A stretch of DNA of 64,000 nt from an uncultured Armatimonadetes bacterium (GTDB lineage: Bacteria > Armatimonadota > UBA5829 > DTJY01). A program made the position numbers and the translations under genes. The DNA lies in the NCBI GenBank assembly GCA_963717145.1, contig OY970325.1:3168001-3232000 (forward strand). Direction: 5' to 3'. Below, in pieces: positions 20,045 through 29,937 of the stretch. The stretch's first letter is position 1. Every line of letters begins with the position of its first letter. Below the pieces are notes generated by a model that searched no databases, was not told the DNA's origin, and saw nothing but the letters and a program-made list of their open reading frames with translations.

Positions 20045-20169
20045 CAGGCAAGTGTTAGTCGGGCAGGCGTACTATGCGCGTGCCTATGGTGTATATTCCA
20101 CTTTAGTGTAGCACATGAAGCCTCGGAATTTCAAGCCTCAGCCGTCCCAGAACCTGTGCCAAGAGCCCA

Positions 20170-20286
20170 CACCGTCAGTCCTGAGTGCGCCGGTGAATGA
20201 CGGCGTGTATCGAAGGACGGCTCGGTGGAGTAAGGCCGTCCTTCGATACACGCCGTCATTCACCGGCGCACTCAGGACTGACGGTG
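20170..20286. repeat. Perfect 52-bp inverted repeat with 13-nt loop
   Basis: 20170-20221 is the exact reverse complement of 20235-20286. Confidence 0.9.
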
Positions 20287-20366
20287 GTTTCTCACGGAAA
20301 CAACCGCATACAGTGCAGTCACATGCTCAGAATGACACATCTGGTGGATCCAGCTACCGTGAAACC

Positions 20367-22682
20367 CTACTTCTCCTCGATCGCGATCTCCTCGCCACAC
20401 CGCACGGATACCGGCTTCATGTGCAGGTACGCATCGAGCGAGAACCAGGCGAGAGGCAATGCGCCGAACACGATGAGGATCGTGTCCGGGATCGCGCGCA
20501 GGCTGCCCAGCAGTTGGATGATCGGTCGGTTGAAGAACTCGGCGCTCTTCGCGAGCCACATCCCCTCGGTGTAGGAGGTAACGAACTGCATGATCCCCAT
20601 CGGCAGCAGCGACATGATGAACATCAGGAACAGCCCGCCATTCAGCCCCCAGAACGAGAGCTTCAGCCACCCGTCCTTCCAGTGCGCCGGATCGACGAGT
20701 CCGCGCCAGACGAAGAGCACCAGCGCGATCGCCAGCATCCCGTACACCCCGAACAGCGCTGTGTGCCCGTGGTTCGAGGTCAGGTAGGTCGCGTGCTCGT
20801 AGTAGTTCACTATCGGCAGGTTGATCATGAAGCCGAAGACGCCCGCGCCGAGGAAGTTCCAGAACGCCGACGCCACCAGGAAGAAGAGCGGCCATCGGTA
20901 TGGGAAGTCGACTCCCGCATCATTGATCGCCTTGTACTCCATCCATCCCCGTGACGCCAGCATGATCAGCGGTATCGGCTCGAGCGAGGAGAAGACCGCC
21001 CCCAGACCGATCCAGAACGTCGCTTGCCCGAACCAGAAGTAATGATGCGACATCCCGATGATCCCTCCCGCGAAGGAGAGGATCGCCGTCAAGAGCGCCG
21101 CTCTCACGGCCGATTCCCTCGTCACCAGCCCGAGAGTGACGAAGAGAAGCGCCGCCGTTGCGACCGCGAAGAACTCGAAGATTCCCTCGACCCATATGTG
21201 GACGACGAACCATCGCCAGTAGTCGGCGATACTCAGGTGAGTATGCTGATTGTACATCAGCCCGAATCCGAAGAACACGACGACCAGGACGATCGACAGC
21301 AGGTAGAGATTCGTCAAGCCGAGTGTATGCGCTTCCGCCTGCCGTCCGCGCAAACCTCGCCATGATATGAAGATCCATCCGATCAGGCCGACGAAGAGGA
21401 GTATCTGCCACAGCCGCCCGAGTTCCAGGAACTCCCATCCCTGGTGGCCGAGCCAGAACCACAGCGTGCCGGGCAGCTTCCCCATGATCGAGAGCGCCTC
21501 GCCCGTGAGGCTGCCGACTGCCACTATCAGTATCGCGCCGAAGAGGATGTTTACCAGCAGGCCCTGTTTCTTCGGCTCACGACGACTGATCAGGGGGGCG
21601 ATGTAGAGCGCCGATGCCACCCATGCCACAGCGATCCAGAAGATCCCGAGCTGCAGGTGCCAGCTCTTGGCCAGGCTGAACGGGATCCACTTCGCGATGG
21701 ACTTATAGAAGAACGATGCGGGATGCACCGTATAGTGCGCGAGCAGCCCTCCGTTCAGGATCTGGGCGATGAACAACGCCACCACCACCCCCAGGAACTT
21801 CCCGACGGCCCGCTGACTGACGGTGATCGGTGCATGGCAGATACGCTGGGAGAGGTGTACGAGGCTCTCCTCAGTGATGAAGAACCTGTAGCGGTGGACG
21901 ATGTAGATCATGAGGCCGAGCACAAGGAAGAGCGAGAGTATCCCCCCAAAGCTCCAGAGGAGCGCCTCGTTCGGGGCGACGTTGCCGACACTGCGGTCAG
22001 GCGGCCAGTTGTTCGTATAGGTTAGGGTCTTGCCCGGCTGCCTCGTGCCCGCGGCCCAGGCAGTCCAGTAGAAGAACGATGCGATCTGCCGGCGTTCCTC
22101 CGGGGTCTTAACGGTGTCCGGCAGGAAGCCATGACTTTGGTCGCCATCGTGGAACACGTTCTCCCAATACCGCTGAACGCTGCGGAAAGCATACGCCTGA
22201 TCGAAGCCCAGCGTGATGTCGCCTGTCGCCGGATCGTAGGTGTTCTTCTTGATGCGCGAGGTGACGACGGCATCCACGATGGCGCGGTCCTCCTCGGCCA
22301 GGTCACTGTAATCGCCTGTATAGCGTGCCCCTGTGACGACGTCCCTGATCTGCACGCCGATCATATGCAGGGTATGCGCGGAGAAGTCCATCCCCCTCAA
22401 TGAGCCGTGGCCCCAGACGCTCCCATGGTCCATCAGCCCGTACTTCTGGAATACCTGCTGCCCGGCCATGATGTCGGCACGGGTTGTCAGCACTTCGCCC
22501 CCGGCCATGATCCTCTCCGGGTAGGGAGGAACCATCCTCGCATTTGGCGCGCTGCCGATCAACACTACCAGTAGAGGGATGACGAATGCCGCCACGAACC
22601 CCCACGTCAGCAGTTTGGATATCGGTTTTCGCTGGCGAGTGCGTCCCGGCTCGTGCGCCGGCTCGGGTACTTCTCGGTCCAT
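20367..22682 (-). CDS. norB: Quinol-dependent nitric oxide reductase (qNOR)
   Basis: GSVWGHG, YTNNWP, WRWFVVHIWVEG, HHYFW, SSLEPIP, HGHTALFGVYG. Confidence 0.93.
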   Translation of the reverse strand: MDREVPEPAHEPGRTRQRKPISKLLTWGFVAAFVIPLLVVLIGSAPNARMVPPYPERIMAGGEVLTTRADIMAGQQVFQKYGLMDHGSVWGHGSLRGMDFSAHTLHMIGVQIRDVVTGARYTGDYSDLAEEDRAIVDAVVTSRIKKNTYDPATGDITLGFDQAYAFRSVQRYWENVFHDGDQSHGFLPDTVKTPEERRQIASFFYWTAWAAGTRQPGKTLTYTNNWPPDRSVGNVAPNEALLWSFGGILSLFLVLGLMIYIVHRYRFFITEESLVHLSQRICHAPITVSQRAVGKFLGVVVALFIAQILNGGLLAHYTVHPASFFYKSIAKWIPFSLAKSWHLQLGIFWIAVAWVASALYIAPLISRREPKKQGLLVNILFGAILIVAVGSLTGEALSIMGKLPGTLWFWLGHQGWEFLELGRLWQILLFVGLIGWIFISWRGLRGRQAEAHTLGLTNLYLLSIVLVVVFFGFGLMYNQHTHLSIADYWRWFVVHIWVEGIFEFFAVATAALLFVTLGLVTRESAVRAALLTAILSFAGGIIGMSHHYFWFGQATFWIGLGAVFSSLEPIPLIMLASRGWMEYKAINDAGVDFPYRWPLFFLVASAFWNFLGAGVFGFMINLPIVNYYEHATYLTSNHGHTALFGVYGMLAIALVLFVWRGLVDPAHWKDGWLKLSFWGLNGGLFLMFIMSLLPMGIMQFVTSYTEGMWLAKSAEFFNRPIIQLLGSLRAIPDTILIVFGALPLAWFSLDAYLHMKPVSVRCGEEIAIEEK

Positions 22683-22780
22683 TGTGGTAACCCTCCTGCC
22701 GTACAGTCGAATGGTGTAAGGGGCTTATCACCGTGCAGGTTACCCAGTCTCCAACCTGCGGAGAACATCGTGATAACCAC

Positions 22781-23476
22781 CTACATCAGCCCCCGCTCCT
22801 TTAGGCTCACCCAGCGCCCGTCGCCGATGATCATGTGATCGAGCACCTGGATGCCGATGTATTCGCCGGCCTGCGCCAGACGCTTGGTGATCGTGATATC
22901 CTCCCTGGAGGGAGTCGGGTCGCCCGAGGGATGATTGTGCGCCACGATCACCGAGGCGGCATTCCATCCCAGCGCCTCTCGGAACAGCTCTCTCGGACTG
23001 ATCAGGCTCGCATCGAGGGTGCCGACCGTAATCGTGGCGATCTTCAACACCTCGCACTTGAGGTTGAGAAACATGCCCTTGAACCGCTCCTGACTCTGGT
23101 CGCGGAGTTCCGGCATAAGGAGGTCGACGGCGTCTTGCGGCTCCCGGATCTTGGGCCGCGACTCACCCACGCTTGCGGCCAGGCGCTTACCTAGTTCGAC
23201 CATCGCCTGGATCTGCGCTCCCTTTGCCTCCCCCAGCCCCTTGATCTTGCTCAGGTCCGAGATGCTCGCAGTAGCGATACCTCGTAGCCCATCGAACCTG
23301 CCAAGCATGTGCTCCGCGAGACCGACAGCCGAATACTCCGGCGTACCGACGCGCAGAATGATCCCGAGAAGCTCGGCATTCGACAGGGCCTCCGGACCGT
23401 ATTTCAGGAGTCGCTCTCTCGGCCGCTCGTCCACCGGGAGTTCCTTGATTGTGAGGGTGTATCGCTCGTTTGCCAT
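22781..23476 (-). CDS. radC: RadC (UPF0758) JAB-domain protein
   Basis: ERPRERL, LSNAELL, HNHPSGDPTPS, LDHMIIG. Confidence 0.95.
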   Translation of the reverse strand: MANERYTLTIKELPVDERPRERLLKYGPEALSNAELLGIILRVGTPEYSAVGLAEHMLGRFDGLRGIATASISDLSKIKGLGEAKGAQIQAMVELGKRLAASVGESRPKIREPQDAVDLLMPELRDQSQERFKGMFLNLKCEVLKIATITVGTLDASLISPRELFREALGWNAASVIVAHNHPSGDPTPSREDITITKRLAQAGEYIGIQVLDHMIIGDGRWVSLKERGLM

Positions 23477-23480
23477 GTGG

Positions 23481-24237
23481 TTACTTGACGGTCAGTCTGA
23501 GCTTCATCCAGCCCATGCCGGTGCCGGGGAAGGGCGAGGAAGGCCACTCGCCGTAGTCGAGCACCTGCACATCGAAACTCATTCCGGCGGCGGATGCCGT
23601 CCACGATTGGCCCTTCGTGGTCTTATCGGAGTAGATCAGCGCCACTCGCTCGAACTTGCTGTCCGAAGGCTTGTCCGGCCGAGCAAGGACATGCACCTCG
23701 AGCGCATTTCCCTTCGCGCCCGCCGAGGTGACCGTGCCGAAGGTCAGATTCGCCTTCTGCCGACCACCCTCAGTGAGACTGACCATAAACATGCTCGGCG
23801 GGAAGTAGAGCAGAGTCACCGGCTTTCCATTGGCTTCGATCTTCGCCGGCGAGCCCTCAAAGTACTTGGCGTCATGGGCATTGATGTTGGCGCTCGGCAG
23901 ACGGGCTCTGAGGCTGAACGTCCTCCGTTGGCGCGGGTTTCGGCTTGGCCGGCTTGTCGGCTGTGGGTTTCACGGATGCCTTCGTGGTGTTGGCGGACTT
24001 GGGAGCCGGGGCGGGCGTCTTGTCCGGCGTCTTTTCCGGCTTCTTGTCCGGCGTCTTCGCGGCGACTGGCTTCTCGGTGGTGACCGGCTTCTCCGTGGCT
24101 ACCACCTGCTCCTCCGGCTGCACGTTGCGCGACACCGGGACGGCTTTCTTGCCGCATCCCTGCACTGTGAAGACGGTGGCCAACACGGCGCATACAATCC
24201 CGACGATGCCGATTGCTCTCATGATTCGTGTCATCAT
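23481..24237 (-). CDS. Hypothetical lipoprotein with P/K/T-rich linker (probable frameshift near 23922)
   Basis: VQGC lipobox; the downstream frame is open through FSLRARLPSANINAHDAKYFEG into ORF 23481-23819. Confidence 0.6.
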
Positions 24238-24262
24238 ACTCTCCAGTTCATTCGGTACGTTC

Positions 24263-24326
24263 GGTATACCATCTAGGCGCAGGATTGTCAACAAGGGTTG
24301 ACTATCCTGCAAGCCGAACCTACAAT
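24263..24326. promoter_or_regulatory. Back-to-back divergent sigma70 promoters
   Basis: Minus TTGACA-17-TATACC (24291-24263); plus TTGACT-17-TACAAT (24298-24326). Confidence 0.6.
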
Positions 24327-24380
24327 ATAGGCAGGACAGAGCTACCCAGTGTCCGAATGAGGGCGCAGGAGGAGAATGGG

Positions 24381-25226
24381 ATGAAACTCGGATATCTGAC
24401 GAATTTCAATGAGGACGAGTTGAAGCTCGCCTCGGACATCGGCTTCGACGGCCTGGAGGTCCATGCCAAGTCGTGGCCTGCTGAGGACCTGCAATCGGCC
24501 GATCGGCGCAAGGAGGCTGCGGCAAGGGCCGTTGCCCTGTCGGCGAAGTATGGAATAACGGTGACGGCGCTGGCCATGTACGGCAGCCCGTCCGAGCCGC
24601 AGGAGCGCATAGCAGCTTACCGGACCGTCATCGAGTTCTGCGCGGCGATGCAGGTCCCGGCGCTCGCCACTCTTACCGGCGGCAATCCGGACGCCGGACC
24701 GGGCGATAACGTGAAGCTGTGGGCTGAGGTGTTTTCTGAGGTCGCAAAGATCGCCGAGGACAACAACGTGAAGATCGCCTTCGAGAACTGGCCCGGCTTC
24801 GGACCTGTGCCGCCGTGTAAGAGCACGCAGTTCGGGTTCAACCCGGCCGCCTGGGAGATGATGTTCAACGCGGTCGACTCGCCGGCGCTTGGGTTGGAGT
24901 TCGATCCTTCGCACCTGGTCTGGCAGCAGGTCGACTACATCGGCGCGGTGAAACGCTTCGGGCCGAGGATTCACCACGTCCACCTGAAGGACACGGAGAT
25001 CCTGGAGGATGCGCTCGCCGAGCACGGCTCGTTCGGCGGAGGTTGGTGGCGATACCGAATACCCGGGTTCGGACTGGTGGACTGGATGGGCTTCTTCTCG
25101 GCGCTCTATGAGGTGGGCTACGACGGTGGGACGGCGATCGAGCACGAAGACGGCGTCTTCTCGGGTGCACGGCGCGCGGACGGCCTCAAGCTGGGGTACA
25201 ACTACCTCCGCCCGATGATTCTGTAA
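24381..25226 (+). CDS. Sugar phosphate isomerase/epimerase (xylose isomerase-like TIM barrel)
   Basis: GFDGLEV, IAFEN, LEFDPSHL, HVHLKD, IEHED. Confidence 0.9.
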   Translation: MKLGYLTNFNEDELKLASDIGFDGLEVHAKSWPAEDLQSADRRKEAAARAVALSAKYGITVTALAMYGSPSEPQERIAAYRTVIEFCAAMQVPALATLTGGNPDAGPGDNVKLWAEVFSEVAKIAEDNNVKIAFENWPGFGPVPPCKSTQFGFNPAAWEMMFNAVDSPALGLEFDPSHLVWQQVDYIGAVKRFGPRIHHVHLKDTEILEDALAEHGSFGGGWWRYRIPGFGLVDWMGFFSALYEVGYDGGTAIEHEDGVFSGARRADGLKLGYNYLRPMIL

Positions 25227-25232
25227 CATCAT

Positions 25233-25297
25233 GTAGTGGCCGTGCCTCTGTGCCGGCCATGAGGAACCGCTGGCCGGCACAGAGGCACGGCCACTAC
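25233..25297. repeat. GTAG-type REP doublet, family B
   Basis: GTAGTGGCCGTGCCTCTGTGCCGGCC...GGCCGGCACAGAGGCACGGCCACTAC. Confidence 0.85.
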
Positions 25298-25319
25298 GCA
25301 ATATTCCCGCAAGATAAGG

Positions 25320-25349
25320 TGTAACGATCAGCCAACTGGGTACGTCTAA
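25320..25349 (+). promoter_or_regulatory. Candidate ECF sigma promoter
   Basis: TGTAAC-17-CGTCTAA upstream of the STN/ECF operon. Confidence 0.6.
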
Positions 25350-25459
25350 ACAATAGAAAAGCGCACTGAGGTGTCCCGCGCGGGGCGGCCTCGGCGGCAC
25401 ACGATGTTTGTCTCCCACAACCGGGGAGATTGGCAATCCAAAACAGGAGGGGATGCAAG

Positions 25460-26232
25460 ATGCCAGCAAGACAAAGTGTATTACTCTATCTATTCGCGGC
25501 GGTTCTCGTCGCGGCATCAATGGGGACTGGTTTGACACAGATGGTCGCAACGGCCGAGAAGCCCATCAGTGTCAGCCTGCAGGATGTGCCCGTTCGGACC
25601 GCGATAGACACGCTCTTCCGCGAAGCGGGCCTGAACTACGCGTTCGAGGGGAGCATCTCAGGCGTGGTGAACGTGAACCTCCAGGATGTCCCGTTCGACC
25701 AGGCCCTGCAGGTCGTTCTTCGAAGCGCCGGGCTGACCATGCGCCGGGAGAACAACACCTACATGATCGGCCCCAAGAAGGAAGCAGCGGTGGCTGCGGA
25801 GACCTCGACCGGTCTCGTCTATGAGGACAACACCGAGATCACGCGCAGCACATCGCTGGAGAAGATCCGAATCAACTTCGCCGACGTGAATGAGATCGGC
25901 GCCATCTTCGGCTCCCAGTACGGTGGAGGCATGGGCGGCATGGGCGGCGGCATGATGGGTGGCTACGGCGGCATGATGGGCGGCATGGGCATGATGGGCG
26001 GCATGGGCGGCGGCATGATGGGCGGGGCATGATGGGCGGCTATGGCGGCGGCATGGGCGGCTATGGTGGCGGCATGGGCGGCTACGGTGGCGGCATGGGC
26101 GGCTATGGCGGCGGCATGGGCGGCTACGGTGGCGGCATGGGTGGCTACGGCGGCGGCATGGGCGGCTACGGTGGCGGCATGGGTGGCTACGGTGGCGGCA
26201 TGGTCGCCGGCGGTGGCGGCAGGCGCTGGTAA
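25460..26232 (+). CDS. Secreted STN/secretin-N0-like domain protein with Gly/Met/Tyr tail (missing base near 26026)
   Basis: Signal peptide; ISVSLQDVPVRTAIDTLF...VNVNLQDVPFDQALQVVL; tail continues in ORF 26029-26232. Confidence 0.75.
26035..26202 (+). repeat. Eight 21-nt coding tandem repeats (GGYGGGM)
   Basis: GG(C/T)GGCTA(C/T)GG(C/T)GGCGGCATG x8, with variation only at synonymous sites. Confidence 0.92.
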
Positions 26233-26287
26233 GTCACACCGCTGACTGCGTTCAGCGCCTTTTCGTTTGATCAGGAGTGCTCTGTGC

Positions 26288-26860
26288 ATGGAGTTCCACG
26301 ATGGCTTGGAGGTAAACTCCGGCGGGACCGATCCCGATCTGGTGCTCGTCCGGGAGTTTGCCTCCGGGCAGGTGGACGCGTTCGACCGAATTTACCATCG
26401 ACACAGCGGCTTCGTCTATAACACATGCATTGGGATACTCGGCGATCCCGACGATGCGCGGGATGCCATGCAGGAGACGTTTGTTCAGCTCTTACGATCT
26501 CTGCCGGCCTTTCGAGGACAGAGTCAGTTCTCCACATGGCTATATCGCATCACTGTGAATAAGTGTATGGACCTGCTCCGTCGTAAGCCGAAGCAGGAGG
26601 TTACGGATTCGATAGAATGGGCTTCAACTGAACCGCCGAGGTCTGACGGCTTGTTCGAGCAGCAGGTCAGGCTGACCATTCTAAGGCTGAAGCCCGAGTA
26701 CCGGGCCGTCCTGGTGCTCTACTACTTCCAGCAGCTTTCCTATGACGAGATAGCCGAAAGCCTCGGATGCTCCTTCGACCAAGTGCGCATCAGATTGCAC
26801 AGAGCCCGAAAGGCATTTCGGACGTTTTACACCGAGGGGGGTGGTGACATTGAAATGTAA
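26288..26860 (+). CDS. ECF RNA polymerase sigma factor
   Basis: DARDAMQETF, FSTWLYRITVNKCMD, LSYDEIAESL, RLHRAR. Confidence 0.93.
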   Translation: MEFHDGLEVNSGGTDPDLVLVREFASGQVDAFDRIYHRHSGFVYNTCIGILGDPDDARDAMQETFVQLLRSLPAFRGQSQFSTWLYRITVNKCMDLLRRKPKQEVTDSIEWASTEPPRSDGLFEQQVRLTILRLKPEYRAVLVLYYFQQLSYDEIAESLGCSFDQVRIRLHRARKAFRTFYTEGGGDIEM

Positions 26861-27686
26861 GCAAGTCTCCGATCTAGTCTCCCGGTTCACGGACGGGCTA
26901 CTGCCTGCGGACAAGGCTGAACAAGTCCGACTCCACATCGAGGGTTGTGCCTGCTGCAGGGCGGAAATGGCTGCCGAGCAGGTCTCGTCCAGAGCACTCA
27001 GCAGGCCCATGACGTCCTTCGAACCGCCGGACATCCTCGCTCAGGTGAAGAGTCGCGTGAGTCACAGGCCGTCTGCACGACCTCGATGGCAATGGGCATC
27101 CGCGGGTCTCGCCGCGGCATGCGCTTTGACCTGGTTCTCGCTGAGCCTCATGCACGAGAGTCCATCTCCTGGACAGACACCACCGAGCGTCGCAGCCAGG
27201 GAGACATCCCCGACCCAGCAGCCCCCAGTGCTGAAGATCGATCCTGAGCAGACCGTCACACCGGAGAAGGCCATCCGTCCGTCGAAGGCGAAGAGCGTCG
27301 TCGCACATGGCCGATCACCTAAGCCGAGGAAATCGGTCGTGCGCCACACGCCGAGGCCGGTCGCTTCCCCGCCGGAGATCGAATACATGGTGGTGTACCA
27401 ACACCCGGACCTCGGCGATGGAGTCCGAGTCGCGACGAGTGATGGTACCGGCGTCCCCGATCCTGTGAGTGCGATAACGAGTTCATATACGATCCGCATG
27501 ACCGATGAGTCAACCGGACTGGTAACAGATGTTTCGGCCTACAGCAATTCCGACGGCGAGACCGAGGAAAGCGCAACAGTCAAGTTCCGCAGTGACCCGC
27601 CGAACGTTGACGAGCCTGAAAGGAGTTCGACGGATGAGAAACCGCTGCCTACTCTCAGCGGCGCTCCTCGTAGCGATATGTGCTAG
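26850..27686 (+). CDS. zf-HC2 (ZAS) membrane anti-sigma factor
   Basis: C...HIEGCACC, one TM helix, Pro-rich periplasmic linker; overlaps the sigma gene. Confidence 0.82.
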   Translation: MKCKQVSDLVSRFTDGLLPADKAEQVRLHIEGCACCRAEMAAEQVSSRALSRPMTSFEPPDILAQVKSRVSHRPSARPRWQWASAGLAAACALTWFSLSLMHESPSPGQTPPSVAARETSPTQQPPVLKIDPEQTVTPEKAIRPSKAKSVVAHGRSPKPRKSVVRHTPRPVASPPEIEYMVVYQHPDLGDGVRVATSDGTGVPDPVSAITSSYTIRMTDESTGLVTDVSAYSNSDGETEESATVKFRSDPPNVDEPERSSTDEKPLPTLSGAPRSDMC

Positions 27687-28508
27687 CCTCGCATCGGCCC
27701 AGGGCATGAGCACACCTGTGCCGGCGGTCAGGATTGATGAGCCGCGGGTGGTCGCGCTCCAACTGGACAACGTCAGTGTTCTGCAGGCTCTCGACATCCT
27801 GCTCAAGGGAACGGGCCGAAACTATCGGCTGATGCCGGGCGCTCGTGTGGACGGCATGGTTACCGTGAATTTCCGAGACGTGCCGTTGGACGGCGCGGTG
27901 AAGATAGTGCTCCGGAGCGCGGGGCTCCAGGCGGTCAGGGAGAACCGCACCTACATGATCGAGCCGATTCTGGTTCCGATGAAGCAGCCGGCGGCAGTCC
28001 TGGCGCAACAGGTGCCGCCGCTGATGTTTCCCGGACCCCCGATCGGTTCCGTAGACGTCAAGCCCTCGGGCGCGCGGGCCGGAGGACAGAAGTTCGACAT
28101 CCTGCTCGACAAGGCTAATGTGCTCGAGGCGATGCGTCAGATACTCGAGGTCGCTGGCCAGAACTATGTCATTGATACCGGACTGAATTCCGCGTGGGCG
28201 GGTCCGCTCGGTCCGAGGATCAGCGCGCGGATGAGAGGCATGCCTCTTGACGACGCGCTGCAAGCCCTCGCGAAGAGTGCGAGCCTCGTAATGATGAAGG
28301 TCGGCAGCGCGTATACCATCCGCCCGCCGGATGGCGCGATCCCGCTCTCCTACGCGATTGGCGGCAAGGTCGGCAAGAGCGACCAGATAGCGCCCCCGAC
28401 CCTCGCGCTACCCCTCTGCGCCCAGTGCAGCCGGCCTCTCGACCCGGCCTGGCTGTTCTGCCCGTCATGCGGTCTGCAGGTCCCGCTCCCGCACCGACCG
28501 CCAAGTAG
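27634..28508 (+). CDS. Secreted tandem-STN protein with C-terminal zinc ribbon (probable missing base near 28490)
   Basis: AGGAG RBS, signal peptide, two STN-like repeats, CAQC...FCPSCG; adding one base gives VPLPAPTAK-TAG. Confidence 0.7.
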
Positions 28509-28514
28509 ACGCAA

Positions 28515-28619
28515 CAGTGGGAGGGCGAGGCTCCGTCTCGAGCCGGGATGCTTCGGCAGCAGAACGAAGTGGCGCTACCGAAGCATCCCGGCTCGGACGG
28601 AGCCTCGCCCTCCCATTGC
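28515..28619. repeat. REP-like inverted repeat (GGAGGGCGAGGCTCC family)
   Basis: TGGGAGGGCGAGGCTCCGTC...GACGGAGCCTCGCCCTCCCA, stem about 40 bp. Confidence 0.85.
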
Positions 28620-28818
28620 ATACCAACCCCCCTTTCCTCGACGGCAAACCCTCCCTTCGCTTGTCCTGAAACTAATTCCCTCGCGAATTCACCTGTTTTT
28701 TCTACAGAAGAGCTTTTTGGCCCGAAACTTGCACTATGACCTTTCTGAATCAACCTTGCTACAGCCGGTATGGCGGCGGCCTGATCGGGGCTGGGTCTGT
28801 GCAGAAAGGTCGTGGTAT

Positions 28819-29646
28819 ATGATGAAAGCCCGATTCTACGTCGGAACGTTCTTGTTTGTAATGGCGCTCAGTTGCTCTACACTGGTGCAGGCAGCCGGTG
28901 TGCCTCCGGGATCGTTCATAACCAAGAGTGTCAGCAACCCTGAGGCGCTCGCGAAGCTCATCGAGCAGGACAAGAAGGTGAGCCAGAGGTACTCTCGGCA
29001 CTTTGGGATGACCGCAAAGGACATGGCGGATTACGTGCGGAAGAACCTCAAGGTTTCGCAGTTGAAGACTTCGTGCACCTTTACAACCTACTACATCACC
29101 ACCGGTGATCACATCCTCGTGCACAAGAAGAGCTTCAAGGCCGGCCGCAAGGTGTTCGTCGCCCCGGACGGCAAGCCTGTGCTCGATGTCTTGTGCGGCA
29201 ACCCACTGGTTCGAACCTTGCCCAGGATCGTCGTCAAAGTGATGCCGAAGACGGAAGAGATCGCCGTTCAGCCGCCTCCCGCGGCCGTGGAGACTCCCCC
29301 AGCCGTGCAGCCGCCCGTGGTAGCCGAGCTTCCGACGACGCCACCGCAGTTCGAGGCTCCGGCTCCGGTAGCACCGTTGCCTGCGCCGCTTCCGGAGGTC
29401 GAGGTACTGAACCTGCCGCCGACCGAATTCAGTTCGGCAGCGTCGCTGTTCAGCAACGCTCTCGTTCCGGGTCTCCTCGCGGTCGGCGCAGCATCCGCGG
29501 TGTTCAGTGGGGGGAAGAAGACCAATGATCAGCCGCCTGTCCCTGAGCCGAGCGGCCTGATCATCCTGGGATCGTCGTCGTTCACAGCATTGATGGTGGG
29601 ACTTCGCAATCGGCGAAGAAGCAGCCACAGCACATCACGCAGCTAA
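28819..29646 (+). CDS. PEP-CTERM sorting-domain protein
   Basis: Own signal peptide, CGNP motif, Pro-rich linker, VPEPS + TM helix + RNRRR. Confidence 0.85.
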   Translation: MMKARFYVGTFLFVMALSCSTLVQAAGVPPGSFITKSVSNPEALAKLIEQDKKVSQRYSRHFGMTAKDMADYVRKNLKVSQLKTSCTFTTYYITTGDHILVHKKSFKAGRKVFVAPDGKPVLDVLCGNPLVRTLPRIVVKVMPKTEEIAVQPPPAAVETPPAVQPPVVAELPTTPPQFEAPAPVAPLPAPLPEVEVLNLPPTEFSSAASLFSNALVPGLLAVGAASAVFSGGKKTNDQPPVPEPSGLIILGSSSFTALMVGLRNRRRSSHSTSRS

Positions 29647-29647
29647 T

Positions 29648-29717
29648 CCTTCTGGAGTGCGGTGGCTTGACACCGCTTTGGGATGGAAAGCGGTGTCAAG
29701 CCACCGCACTCCGAAGG
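29648..29717. repeat. REP doublet, family D (GGAGTGCGGTGGCTTGACACC)
   Basis: GGAGTGCGGTGGCTTGACACCGCTTT...AAAGCGGTGTCAAGCCACCGCACTCC. Confidence 0.85.
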
Positions 29718-29937
29718 ACGGCAATTCGGGCACCTTCCAGCGACTTGCGCAGATTCGTTTCCGATCGGGATTCCGCAGGGTATAATGAAAACAACCGGCC
29801 GCACCCGATCCGAATCTGCAATGCGAGGATATAGTGTCGCTGGACCTCTGGTAATGGCGCAGGAAGCGGTTTTCTAAGCCACGGAACCGATCGCAATCGA
29901 TAGGCGCTTCGGAGACGCATGAGAGGTAGGTGCACCA

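Noticed and set aside
20367-22682. NO dismutase
   Set aside because: HIWVEG, HH and HGH motifs look canonical for qNOR; no clear diagnostic substitutions by eye.
22781-23476. radC as a mobile-element marker
   Set aside because: It is the full-length chromosomal type with the N-terminal HhH region; no integrase, transposase or phage genes are in the window.
26035-26202. CRISPR array
   Set aside because: Contiguous 21-nt coding repeats without spacers; no cas genes in the window.
27529-29646. 705-aa STN-zinc ribbon-PEP-CTERM fusion ORF
   Set aside because: The middle runs through a REP hairpin and AT-richer spacer; a TAG at 28506 lies one base out of frame, and the second half has its own start and signal peptide at 28819. 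Treated as two genes.
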